24,000 nt of DNA from Cytobacillus sp. Hz8 (GTDB lineage Bacteria; Bacillota; Bacilli; Bacillales; Cytobacillaceae). Location of the stretch: the NCBI RefSeq assembly GCF_042263505.1, contig NZ_JBHKFI010000012.1, forward strand, positions 34,802 to 58,801, read 5' to 3'. Below, one piece after another: positions 23,529 to 24,000 of the stretch; positions within the stretch are counted from its first letter, which is position 1; every line of letters begins with the position of its first letter. Below the pieces are notes generated by a model. It did not search any database. It had not been told where the DNA came from and saw nothing but the letters and a program-made list of their open reading frames with translations. Position numbers and translations under genes: made by a program.

Positions 23529-24000
23529 TTACAATTTGTGTAACTGCTTTATTTTTAGGGCTGCAGTTATGTTTAAGCGATTATTGATGTCATCAAGCTT
23601 GATGTCCAGCACTTCTTCTATTTTTTTAATTCGGTATCTAAGGGTATTCCGATGAAGAAATAGTTTTTCTGATGTTTGTTTTAAATCAAACTGATATTTT
23701 GCAAAATTCTCAATGGTATACATCAGTTCACCATTATGCTGCTCATCATATTGTTCTAAATTTCCTAAAACATGATAATAAAATTCCTTTAGCTCTTGTA
23801 AATCATGCTTATATAAAAGACGTTCAATTCCTAAATTATTGAAAAAAGGAAACTTGATTTTTAATAATAATCCCAATTCATAAGCAACCTTTGCTTCTTG
23901 GTAGCTACGAAATAATTCCTTTGGATTGGAATATAATTTACCAATTCCTACGCCGACTCGATTAGGGAGCCCTGTCATTTGAGCTTGTGCAAGAATATGA
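23529..24000 (-). CDS. PucR/CdaR-family transcriptional regulator (C-terminal part; 5' end outside the window)
   Basis: The C-terminal PucR HTH is LKQTSEKLFLHRNTLRYRIKKIEEVL. The frame stays open upstream of the listed ATG to the window edge. Confidence 0.8.
   Translation of the reverse strand, partial: HILAQAQMTGLPNRVGVGIGKLYSNPKELFRSYQEAKVAYELGLLLKIKFPFFNNLGIERLLYKHDLQELKEFYYHVLGNLEQYDEQHNGELMYTIENFAKYQFDLKQTSEKLFLHRNTLRYRIKKIEEVLDIKLDDINNRLNITAALKIKQLHKL

Noticed and set aside
1-24000. CRISPR arrays, tRNA/rRNA genes and IS elements.
   Set aside because: I saw no regularly spaced repeats, no tRNA-like GTTCGAATC/T-loop motifs, no rRNA-like sequence and no transposase-like ORFs.

Overview
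This is a low-GC Firmicutes (Bacillaceae-like) chromosomal segment with SD-type ribosome-binding sites and many rho-independent terminators. I can support about 24 protein-coding genes. They are: a partial ABC substrate-binding protein and an SDR oxidoreductase; an HD-GYP protein; a Qnr-like pentapeptide-repeat protein and a second pentapeptide-repeat protein with a Cys-rich N-terminus; a CwlO-like NlpC/P60 cell-wall hydrolase with WalR-type boxes upstream; an XRE/AbrB-fusion regulator with an ABC-2 exporter; a MarR regulator with an alpha/beta hydrolase; yjdF (DUF2992) behind a structured yjdF-type riboswitch leader; a histidine phosphatase; a DUF456 membrane protein; a divergent FMN-reductase/LysR pair; YdcF/DUF218, NUDIX, GNAT and DUF2071 proteins; and a PucR-type regulator followed by a Tat-less molybdopterin oxidoreductase and a 4x[4Fe-4S] subunit. 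I saw no tRNA, rRNA, CRISPR array, transposase, integrase or phage gene. I cannot point to a clear novel multi-gene system. The least explained structures are: (i) three same-strand copies of the 3' end of the DUF456 gene, which bracket two accessory gene blocks; (ii) a decayed, ORF-poor zone at 6.9-8.6 kb with gene remnants and a tandemly duplicated promoter-like repeat; (iii) an 800-bp ORF-free gap between the two pentapeptide-repeat genes; (iv) a probable homopolymer frameshift at the 5' end of the GNAT gene; and (v) the regulator-linked cytoplasmic molybdoenzyme of unknown substrate. All family assignments come from motif recognition by eye, not from database searches.
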